A stretch of DNA of 32,000 nt. Origin: an uncultured archaeon (lineage in GTDB: Archaea; Iainarchaeota; Iainarchaeia; Iainarchaeales; CSSED10-239). Position 1 is the stretch's first letter. Each line of letters opens with the position of its first letter. The DNA is taken from contig CAYXAY010000005.1 of the NCBI GenBank assembly GCA_964463155.1, forward strand, positions 1,264 through 33,263. Direction: 5' to 3'. The notes under the pieces are model-generated. The model was not told the DNA's origin, made no database searches, and saw only the letters and a program-made list of their open reading frames with translations. Both the position numbers and the translations under genes were made by a program. Of the stretch, positions 16,564 to 24,083 are shown piece by piece.

Positions 16564-17592
16564 TCATTTTGATATCTTTTTGATATCTGCTGATTTTTTG
16601 CTTTTCTTTTCTTCAATCAAGTCTCCAGGGAAATAATTGATAAGGTGTTCTTTGTGGATGGGGGTTGTTTCAAACTCTTTTATCAACTCTTTAAACTGCT
16701 CCCTTACTGTTCTTGTAAAATCAATCATTTCTTCTGTTGATTTGACTTCAAAATCAATCTCAAAGTCCCAATAACCAATAACTTTTGTTATGTCAAAAAC
16801 GCAAAGGTTATTTTGAAGGTAAGTTATTAACTCTTCTTCTTGCGATTCATTAATGTTACTAAACCTTATTAGGGACTTATAGGCCTGCCTTCCTGTTTTT
16901 TCAATGTTTAGGTGTGGTTTAAAACCCTCAATTATGTTTCTGTCCTGCATGCTTTTTATTCTGTAGATTATTGTGTTTGGAGAGGTGTCTATTATTCCTG
17001 CAACTTCCATTGCGCCGATTCTTGCATTTTTGGAAATAACTGATAATATTTTTAAGTCTAAATTGTCTAGTTTCTCTGTTGTAGTACCATCAAAATCAAT
17101 AAATGATTTTTTGTTTATTTCGCGATATTTCTTTGCAAAATAGTCTCTTCCAAAATAAATGTTTTCAAGAGTTGTTAGGACATCTATGTTTCCTATGTTG
17201 TCTGGAAAATTTATTCTTAGTTCTTTTAGAAAGGAATAATATTGGATTATGTTTTTTGCAAGATAATCCACTATCAGATCCCAGTGGCCTGTACATTCTG
17301 CTAGATAAGATATATTTTCATTGGTTTTTAAATAAATAATTAGTTTTTCTTGGATTTCAGGGGTTATGTGCGTTAGCCTTATCATTGTTCTGTAACTGGT
17401 ATAACCTAGTTTTACAAAATTTACTACTGTGTAAAATCCAAGGATTACTTTCTTTTTTTCAAGACTTATTAGCCTATAGCTTAGCACTTGCTGTGAGGTA
17501 TTTAGTGTTTTTGCTATGTTTGAGACTGTCTGTCTTGAATCCTTCTCTAGCTCTACAAGGAACCGGAGGTCAAATCTGTCAAGTGAGCCCAT
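16564..17592 (-). CDS. Single-chain tandem Lrp/AsnC transcriptional regulator (two complete HTH + RAM units in one polypeptide).
   Basis: From the ATG at 17592. Unit 1: DRFDLRFLVELEKDSRQTVSNIAKTLNTSQQVLSYRLISLEKKKVILGFYTVVNFVKLGY...TGHWDLIVDY. Unit 2: LDNLDLKILSVISKNARIGAMEVAGIIDTSPNTIIYRIKSMQDRNIIEGFKPHLNIEKTG...IGYWDFEIDF. The track start at 17676 is a GTG extension through the promoter region. Confidence 0.8.
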   Translation of the reverse strand: MGSLDRFDLRFLVELEKDSRQTVSNIAKTLNTSQQVLSYRLISLEKKKVILGFYTVVNFVKLGYTSYRTMIRLTHITPEIQEKLIIYLKTNENISYLAECTGHWDLIVDYLAKNIIQYYSFLKELRINFPDNIGNIDVLTTLENIYFGRDYFAKKYREINKKSFIDFDGTTTEKLDNLDLKILSVISKNARIGAMEVAGIIDTSPNTIIYRIKSMQDRNIIEGFKPHLNIEKTGRQAYKSLIRFSNINESQEEELITYLQNNLCVFDITKVIGYWDFEIDFEVKSTEEMIDFTRTVREQFKELIKEFETTPIHKEHLINYFPGDLIEEKKSKKSADIKKISK

Positions 17593-17632
17593 ATTTGTAT
17601 TTATGAGAAAAAAGCATATAAATATTGCGATT

Positions 17633-17649
17633 TCACAAAAATTTTGTGA
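17633..17649. promoter_or_regulatory. Perfect 17-bp palindrome TCACAAAA-A-TTTTGTGA between two divergent TATA boxes; candidate Lrp operator.
   Basis: 8-nt arms around a central A. The half-site TCACAAAA recurs exactly at 17673-17680 (40 bp away). It lies between a minus-strand TATA (plus-strand CATATAAATA, ~17615-17624) and a plus-strand TATA (GTATATAAAG, ~17655-17664). Confidence 0.5.
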
Positions 17650-17709
17650 GAAAGGTATATAAAGCTTCAAATTCACAAAATATTTAGTTCAGACTAGAAG
17701 TTTTCAAAT

Positions 17710-19239
17710 ATGAAGACAATCTTTGTCATTCCCCCATACTACCTGCTGGAACCGCCAGCAGACATTAGCAAACACTGCCAAAAACCAAACCGCGACTTGC
17801 AAACAAGAACTTTTCTTATGCCATATTTTCCTTTTTTTCTTAAATCTTTTTCTTTTTTGTGTCTTGATTTTGAGCTTTCTGTTTCTAAAAGGCCTTACAC
17901 TTTATCTTCTTGTCTTGAGATAATACTTTCACAAAAACCAGACAAAATTATCTTTGATCTAACAGTTGACAAATCCTTTGAAAATTATCATATTAATCTA
18001 GAAAACATTGTACAAAAAATTAGAGTGTTTTTACCAAAGATAAAGATTGAATTTCTTGAGAATATTAGAATTGAGAAAACAGAGAGATTTCAAGAAAAGA
18101 ACCAAGTAAAGATTCAAGAGATTATAAAATACATAAAAAGAAATGAGCAGGAACTGTTTGTCGTCCAAGATTTAGTGCAAATCAAGGAAATTTACAAAAT
18201 ACTTAATCAAGAGAATTATGGTTTCTGGTTTTATAACTTTAAACAAATACACATAAAAGAAATCATAAAGCTAAAGAAAAACTATTTTGATTTGAATTTT
18301 TTATTGTCTTGCAATTATCTGGATATCTCTGTTGAAGAAGTTAAAACTCTTGCAGGGCATGGACTTGAAAAACTTATTATACAATTAAATAGTGATTGTG
18401 AGTTTTTGAATTGCTTTCAAGAACATTTTGAAAAGATTGAATCAATTTCAAATTGTTGTAAATTAAAGATCAATATTTATCCAAACCTCTCACAAATCAA
18501 CAACCAATCGTTTGTTGAGTTTCTAAATCTTTTGGATTCTAGAAATTTAGAATATCAGATAATGCAAACAACTGGAAAAATAGAAAACAAAAAGGAATTT
18601 ATTAATTTTGGAGTTATTTCTTTGTTGTCTTCACTTGACAAAGACAAGGGGATTATCAAAAGACTAAAAGAAATACCAATCATACCTGAGAAAAAGACAG
18701 TTGAGCATATTATTGATTTTATATTAAGGACCGAAAACAAATATTTAGAGTTTTACATCGACATCGCTCATTTTCTGGATGGTTTTTTTACCAAAGAAGA
18801 AATAATTGATTATCTAAACAAACTGCATCCTAACACAAAAAAAGAAAACCTAGAAAAGATTGTCTATGAGTGTATTAATCTTTTGGAAAAAGAAATGTTT
18901 GTTGATTATCTTAATTCAAAAAAAGAAGTTTCAAAAAACCAAGCAGAAGAACCGAAATCACATTATGTGAGTGTTTTTCCTAGACTTAATAATCTTTTTT
19001 TGATGTATTCTGGTTCTGAAAAAGGATATATATTTGGTAAAAACACAAAAAAACTTGAGGAAGTGCCAAGAGACATTTTCTTTTTCTTTGTGTTTTCTAA
19101 AGGCATCTTTGTGCTTAAAGAAGTGGCACACAAACTTCATCTTCTCTTTAAAGATACAAAAGAATTTAGTACAGAAAATTATCTAAAGAGCACAAAGAAA
19201 ATCTATAACACACTTAAACACTATGGGCTTTGTAAGTAA
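17710..19239 (+). CDS. Hypothetical 509-aa protein, divergent from the tandem Lrp gene. Possible PqqD/RRE-like helical segment near the C-terminus.
   Basis: Long ORF with a coding-like Lys/Glu/Ile-rich composition. The segment IAHFLDGFFTKEEIIDYLNKLHPNTKKENLEKIVYECINLLEKEMFV resembles the PqqD-family pattern (l.dG..t..EI...l.......e....v..fl..L.e..li). No CxxxCxxC or other catalytic motif was seen. Confidence 0.6.
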   Translation: MKTIFVIPPYYLLEPPADISKHCQKPNRDLQTRTFLMPYFPFFLKSFSFLCLDFELSVSKRPYTLSSCLEIILSQKPDKIIFDLTVDKSFENYHINLENIVQKIRVFLPKIKIEFLENIRIEKTERFQEKNQVKIQEIIKYIKRNEQELFVVQDLVQIKEIYKILNQENYGFWFYNFKQIHIKEIIKLKKNYFDLNFLLSCNYLDISVEEVKTLAGHGLEKLIIQLNSDCEFLNCFQEHFEKIESISNCCKLKINIYPNLSQINNQSFVEFLNLLDSRNLEYQIMQTTGKIENKKEFINFGVISLLSSLDKDKGIIKRLKEIPIIPEKKTVEHIIDFILRTENKYLEFYIDIAHFLDGFFTKEEIIDYLNKLHPNTKKENLEKIVYECINLLEKEMFVDYLNSKKEVSKNQAEEPKSHYVSVFPRLNNLFLMYSGSEKGYIFGKNTKKLEEVPRDIFFFFVFSKGIFVLKEVAHKLHLLFKDTKEFSTENYLKSTKKIYNTLKHYGLCK

Positions 19240-19293
19240 TCCCAGATATAGCTTTTAATATGTTTCTATATTATATTTATTAGTGAATAATTT

Positions 19294-20427
19294 ATGGCAG
19301 AAGAATTTACGGTAACACCTTGGGAAATAGACGGAAAGATTGATTATCAAAAGTTGATTAAGCAGTTTGGAATTACAGAAATCAATAAACAAATGCTTGA
19401 AAAGCTTAGACTAAAAACCAAATCAAAAAAACTACATCGTTTTTTTAGAAGAGGATTTATCTATTCACATAGAGACTTTGATAAAATTTTAGAAAACATA
19501 GACAAAGAGAATTTCTTTATCTATACTGGGAGAGGGCCTTCTGGAAAAATGCATATTGGACATCTTATTCCTTTTATTATCTCTAAATGGTTTCAAGACG
19601 AATTTGATTGTAATATTTATATTGCAATGGCAGATGATGAAAAATTTGTGTTTAAGGACAAACTAAGCTTTGAAGAAATGGAAAAGAACAAAAAGGATAA
19701 CTTCTTAGACATCTCTGCAGTCGGTCTTAACACCGACAAAACTTTTTTCTTTTCTGATATCGAGTATATTCAAAAATTATATCCAGTAGCACTTAAATTT
19801 GCAAAGAAGACAACCTTTTCAACAGCTAAGGGCGTGTTTGGGTTTAATAATGATAGTAACCTTGGACAATTCTTTTATCCTGCAATTCAAGTTGCACCAA
19901 CAACCTTTGAAAAAAAACATTGTTTGATTCCTGCAGGAATTGACCAAGACCCTTATTGGAGAATACAACGGGACAATGCTAAAAAGTTAGGGTATAAGAA
20001 AGTCGTAGCTGTTCATAACAAGCTTTTGCCACCTCTACAAGGACTTGATGGGAAGATGTCAAGTTCTATTGAAGGAACTGCTATCTTTTTGGATGATGAT
20101 AGTAAGACAATAACTAGTAAGATTAACAAATATACTTTCTCTGGTGGGCAACCAACCTTAGAAGAACAAAAGAAAAAAGGTGGAAACACCGAAGTGTGTG
20201 TTGTCTATTCTTGGTTAGAAATACTTTTCGAAGACGATGACCAAAAATTAGAGCAACGAAAGAAAGATTGTAAGTCCGGAAAAATTCTTTGTGGAGAATG
20301 TAAGAAATATCTTGCTGAAAAGATATCAATGGCTTTAAAAAAACACCAAGACGCAAAAATCAAAAATGCCCCACTTATCCAAAAATACAAATATTCAGGA
20401 AAGCTTGCTAAAGAAATGTGGAAATAA
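19294..20427 (+). CDS. trpS: Tryptophan--tRNA ligase, archaeal/eukaryotic type.
   Basis: 377 aa. N-terminal VTPWEIDGKIDYQKLIKQFG, HIGH motif GKMHIGHLIPF, KMSKS variant GKMSSS. Confidence 0.9.
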   Translation: MAEEFTVTPWEIDGKIDYQKLIKQFGITEINKQMLEKLRLKTKSKKLHRFFRRGFIYSHRDFDKILENIDKENFFIYTGRGPSGKMHIGHLIPFIISKWFQDEFDCNIYIAMADDEKFVFKDKLSFEEMEKNKKDNFLDISAVGLNTDKTFFFSDIEYIQKLYPVALKFAKKTTFSTAKGVFGFNNDSNLGQFFYPAIQVAPTTFEKKHCLIPAGIDQDPYWRIQRDNAKKLGYKKVVAVHNKLLPPLQGLDGKMSSSIEGTAIFLDDDSKTITSKINKYTFSGGQPTLEEQKKKGGNTEVCVVYSWLEILFEDDDQKLEQRKKDCKSGKILCGECKKYLAEKISMALKKHQDAKIKNAPLIQKYKYSGKLAKEMWK

Positions 20428-20434
20428 TCCTTAC

Positions 20435-20440
20435 AAGGAG
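20435..20440 (+). promoter_or_regulatory. Shine-Dalgarno-like AAGGAG upstream of the HAD hydrolase gene.
   Basis: AAGGAG lies 10 nt upstream of the ATG at 20451, inside the 23-nt trpS-HAD spacer. Confidence 0.5.
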
Positions 20441-20450
20441 ATGACTAATT

Positions 20451-21047
20451 ATGAGAAAAACAAGAATAGCTATTGACTTAGATGATACTTTAGTTCCAAC
20501 TGTAAACATTTTGATAAAAGAAATGCTAAAGGATAGAAAGTATCCTGCATTTAAAGGATATCATTCGATTAAAGACTTTACTTTTGAAGAAGAACTTATT
20601 TTGTACAAGTATATAAGAAAGACAATAAACAAACAAGACATAACAAAATTTAAGCCAATGCTTGGCTCTGTTTCAATTATTAAAAAACTTGCAAAGGACT
20701 TTGATTTGTATCTTGTAACTGCAAGAACAAAAAGCACAAAGAAGACAACAAGGGTTTGGATGGCACATCATTTTCCTGGGCTTTTCAAGAGAATCATTTT
20801 TGGGCAATATAGAAATGGAGGATACTTTAGAAAAACCAAAGGGCAAATCTGTAAAGAACAGGGAATTTCTTTAATCATTGATGATAGGTTTGATTATGCT
20901 TTGGATTGTCATAAGCATGGAGTAAAGGCAATAGTCATAGACTATGATGATAGTTATGCTTGGTCCAAAGGAAAATTTCCAAAAGGTATGGAGAAAGCGA
21001 AAAACTGGAAAGAAGTTCTTGAAATTATCAAAAAGACAAAGTTTTAA
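20451..21047 (+). CDS. HAD-superfamily hydrolase, 5'(3')-deoxyribonucleotidase (NT5C)-like.
   Basis: DxDxT motif IAIDLDDTLV at the N-terminus, LVTAR (motif II region), IDDR (motif IV region); 198 aa. Confidence 0.7.
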   Translation: MRKTRIAIDLDDTLVPTVNILIKEMLKDRKYPAFKGYHSIKDFTFEEELILYKYIRKTINKQDITKFKPMLGSVSIIKKLAKDFDLYLVTARTKSTKKTTRVWMAHHFPGLFKRIIFGQYRNGGYFRKTKGQICKEQGISLIIDDRFDYALDCHKHGVKAIVIDYDDSYAWSKGKFPKGMEKAKNWKEVLEIIKKTKF

Positions 21048-21637
21048 TTTAAAACTTTGTGTTTTAAATACACGAATTCGTATTCTGTTAATGGTATTTT
21101 ATAACATTCATTAACTAACCATAAACCGCTATCTCTAATCTTTTCTTTTGGAGAAAACTTCCCCAACCAATTATCGGTGGCTTTACAATATTTACAAGAA
21201 GAAATTGTAGAGATGATTTTAGATTCTAGACTTAATCTCTCATCTTTATCATTGACTTCAAAAACAACAAAACTAAAGTTCTCTTGAATACACTTGGTTA
21301 CTTTCTTTTCTATTTCTTTTTGTTTATTTAAATCCACTTGAGCAGAATACTTGTCTTTATTTTCTTTAGTTGTTAAGTCAAGCTCCCAAAATTCTAAAAA
21401 GGGATTATTTTCCTTGTTTAGCAAGGCCCTGCCAATATTCTTTCTAAAAATCAAACGGTCCTTGTTTTCGTTTTCAAAGTGCTGTTTTAGTCTTGATGGC
21501 AGTTGGTCTTTACCGGTATGAGTTCCAATCCTTACAATCCTGTCTTTACCATGAGCAACTTAGCCTTTCTCAAAAAGGATGTATGTTCAGTTCTTTGGAA
21601 TGTCTTTTTTGTCAAAAGGAAAATTAAATTTTTTCAT
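21044..21637 (-). pseudogene. GIY-YIG nuclease-family gene inactivated by two in-frame nonsense codons.
   Basis: The reverse strand from the ATG at 21637 reads MKKFNFPFDKKDIPKN*TYILFEKG*VAHGKDRIVRIGTHTGKDQLPSRLKQHFENENKDRLIFRKNIGRALL..., in frame with track ORF 21044..21454. The TGA is at 21589-21587 (where the GIY Gly is expected) and the TAA at 21562-21560. The GIY..(Y/R)IG..R..H layout is conserved. Confidence 0.7.
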
Positions 21638-21838
21638 ACTATTAAATAAATGTTTTCTCTGGAGAAAAGGTTTTTACAAATTTTAGATTGTATTTGAATA
21701 ACGGACTAATGTAAAGACCCTTTGCCTTGCATTTATGTTCTTGCCTTTTACTAACACCGGAAATTAGGACCATTTTTGCAATATTAATATATAGTATAAA
21801 TCAATTTATAAACATTTTAGAGATTAATATATTTATAA

Positions 21839-21911
21839 AGCCTGGTAGTGTAGTGGCCAAGCATACAAGACTCTGGATCTTGTGACAGGAGTTCAAATCT
21901 CCTCCGGGCTA
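21839..21911 (+). tRNA. tRNA-Gln (anticodon CUG), 73 nt, no intron, CCA not encoded.
   Basis: Hand-folded cloverleaf: acceptor AGCCTGG/CCGGGCT (A1:U72, one G:U), D arm GTGT-AGTGGCCAA-GCAT, anticodon arm CAAGA-CTCTGGA-TCTTG (CTG at positions 34-36, preceded by T33, followed by G37), 4-nt variable loop, T arm AGGAG-TTCAAAT-CTCCT, discriminator A. TTTATAA lies at ~21805-21811, about 30 nt upstream. Confidence 0.9.
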
Positions 21912-21934
21912 TCATCTTTATGGGGGAAAATACT

Positions 21935-22174
21935 ATGGGAATATTTGATGCTTTTAAAAAGAAAGAAAAAACAGAAGAAGAAAAACAAAAAGAATTGGAA
22001 TTGCAAAAACAAAAAACAAAAACAACACCACAAATAGATTTGTCAACAGCAAAATACCCAAAAGAAACCTGTGCGGTTTGTAGCCAACCTGGTTGCGACA
22101 AGAAATGGGGGGGGCAATACTGGCATAAGAAATGCCTAAGGTCTGTTAAAGGCATGGCAAGAGATATGGTTTAA
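21935..22174 (+). CDS. Small Lys/Glu-rich protein with a C-terminal Cys/His zinc-ribbon-like motif.
   Basis: 79 aa from the ATG at 21935 (MGIFDAFKKKEK...). Motif CAVCSQPGCDKKWGGQYWHKKC (C-x2-C-x4-C-x10-H-x2-C). The track start at 21920 lies only 9 nt after the tRNA. Confidence 0.5.
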   Translation: MGIFDAFKKKEKTEEEKQKELELQKQKTKTTPQIDLSTAKYPKETCAVCSQPGCDKKWGGQYWHKKCLRSVKGMARDMV

Positions 22175-22178
22175 AATT

Positions 22179-22652
22179 ATGAAAATATTTATTCTATATA
22201 AAGACCCTACAAAAGCAGCAAAAATGCTTTGTGATAAACGTATTGTTAAGATGATTGCCTAATCTGCCCAGATTCTTTCAACTGTTCCTCATCTTTTTGG
22301 TTCTAAACATAAACATCCGGTCTATAAAAAACACACAATAAACATCCTTGTGTTGTTTGGGCAGGCGCCTCTAAACAAAACTATTTGTGGCAATTAACAC
22401 ATCTTCACACACTCTTAGAAGAATACACTTATAGATATGGGAAAGAACATAACTACATAAATAAAAAAAATACTTGAAACAGTTCCAAAAGAAATATCTA
22501 GTCTTGGATTAACGACATTTGCTAAAGCCATACCTGAAGAATACAGACAACAGAATGCAGGAAAAGCATATAGAAAATTTTACAAAAAAGGAAAAGTATA
22601 TTTTGCTAAATGGACAAACAGAAAAATTCCAAAATGGTTTCTAAAAAAATAG
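22179..22652 (+). pseudogene. Decayed gene of a conserved family of unknown function to me (N-terminal ..DP..AA..LCDK..VKMI.E.AQILS, central HPC..W....NY.W, EYTYRYGK.H). It carries one nonsense codon and two frameshifts.
   Basis: Frame 0: MKIFILYKDPTKAAKMLCDKRIVKMIA*SAQILSTVPHLFGSKHKHPVYKK (TAA at 22260-22262, where a Glu fits). The sense continues in another frame from ~22340: KHPCVVWAGASKQNYLWQLTHLHTLLEEYTYRYGKEHNYINKK. It returns to frame 0 after the A8 run: ILETVPKEISSLGLTTFAKAIPEEYRQQNAGKAYRKFYKKGKVYFAKWTNRKIPKWFLKK*. The shifts map to the A6 run 22326-22331 and the A8 run 22463-22470. Confidence 0.65.
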
Positions 22653-22665
22653 AAAAACTGTTGGC

Positions 22666-23166
22666 TTATAATCCAACATATTGTCTTATTCTTTGCTTAA
22701 TCTTTGTTATGTTGTCAAGATAGATGTTTAGTTTCTTTTCTAATTGCGTCATTTGTGTTTCTGCGTCCTTTACTTGTCCAGCAACAAAGAAACTTTCTGA
22801 ACCTAAGCTGTTGTAATTGATAAGTTCTTTTCTTATGTCTATGTATTCAGTTAGTGTGTAGTAGTATGCTGTGTAGTTTTCGTATAATCTGCTGAACAGA
22901 ACCCTTGTTGTGTCGTCCTTGAAATATCTTCTGCCGTTAATTTCAAAATAGTTTTTTGTCTTTGCTCCAAGGCTGTTGTTATTAACAACATTGTTTGTGG
23001 CCTCAAGATGGCCATGCAACCAATTGATATCCTTTGAACGATAATCGCATCTCTTCATCACTGCAGAATCAGATAGCTTTCTTGTTTCCTTTACAATTGT
23101 CTCATCAATCTCTATTTCTTCTCCACCACACATTTTCCTAAAAAACTTTTTTAGAACCGTAATCAT
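22666..23166 (-). CDS. Hypothetical protein (166 aa).
   Basis: Track ORF with a coding-like composition and a predicted coiled-coil-like C-terminus (QMTQLEKKLNIYLDNITKIKQRIRQ). No family recognised. Confidence 0.5.
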   Translation of the reverse strand: MITVLKKFFRKMCGGEEIEIDETIVKETRKLSDSAVMKRCDYRSKDINWLHGHLEATNNVVNNNSLGAKTKNYFEINGRRYFKDDTTRVLFSRLYENYTAYYYTLTEYIDIRKELINYNSLGSESFFVAGQVKDAETQMTQLEKKLNIYLDNITKIKQRIRQYVGL

Positions 23167-23345
23167 ATTTTTTCACCAAATTCCCCTTCTTTAAAATTAT
23201 TAAAAAGTATATATAATTAGGCAATAGTATTTAAATTATTATCTGTAAATGGTAATTATTGGATTTTTGCTGGAAACACAGATAAAAACGGACATAAAAG
23301 ACAATTTATATACTATAAATATAAAATGTTTAAAAAAAGCAATAG

Positions 23346-24038
23346 TTAAATGAACTTTAACCTAAAGAATAAAAAATAGGATAAAGACATTATAATCATA
23401 TAAACTATTGATTTTATTAGATTCCATGCCACCAAATAAATAAGATATGTAAATCTTAAAGTTTGGGAAACAAATGTTGTTTGAATGTGTGGTGACAAGA
23501 AAGTAAGGTATGCTACAATCGTTAAAGTTGATTCCACCAAAAATATCAACGCAACTATTCTAAAAACCCTGTACCAGGAAACATTAAACTTTATATTGTG
23601 TTTTGCTGTTGCCATCCCCATAAATGCTATTGTTCCTACATTTATACAGAATAGGGCTATTGAGAAAAACAAGAAAATTGGGTTGTTTTTTGCGGCAGAT
23701 ATTGCTGTTGGGGCAAGACTTGCATAGATTGTTAATTGAAATGCAAAATCTAGAATTACTATTATCAATAATATGATAAAAGGCATCCAAAGATAATGGT
23801 AATATCCGTTTTTTAGATACATCTCTGTTAGAAAATTCTTGTTTTGCGTTCTTTGCTGATAGCTTGTCCTATCGTGGAATTTGTTTGCTGGAATTCTTTC
23901 TATGATAAAGCCGTTTCTGTTTTGCTTTTTTGTAATTTCCTTTCTTTGATGAGGCGATGTTTTTTTTGAACGCTGGATATCTGTTTTTACAAATCTGTTG
24001 TTTGGGTATTTGTTTTTCCTTTTTTTATTTTGCATCAA
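23346..24038 (-). CDS. Hypothetical integral membrane protein with a long basic N-terminal tail.
   Basis: 230 aa. About 80 Lys/Arg/Gln-rich residues are followed by four to five hydrophobic helices (e.g. LWMPFIILLIIVILDFAF, IFLFFSIALFCINVGTIAFMGM, IVALIFLVESTLTIVAYLTF). Confidence 0.6.
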   Translation of the reverse strand: MMQNKKRKNKYPNNRFVKTDIQRSKKTSPHQRKEITKKQNRNGFIIERIPANKFHDRTSYQQRTQNKNFLTEMYLKNGYYHYLWMPFIILLIIVILDFAFQLTIYASLAPTAISAAKNNPIFLFFSIALFCINVGTIAFMGMATAKHNIKFNVSWYRVFRIVALIFLVESTLTIVAYLTFLSPHIQTTFVSQTLRFTYLIYLVAWNLIKSIVYMIIMSLSYFLFFRLKFI

Positions 24039-24083
24039 ATATCACATTTATTTTATAGGGGGTTGTATTTATTAAGATATGGT

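Noticed and set aside
21817-22155. 112-aa minus-strand ORF.
   Set aside because: It runs antisense across the well-folded tRNA-Gln gene and the small plus-strand zinc-ribbon ORF. The translation has no coding character.
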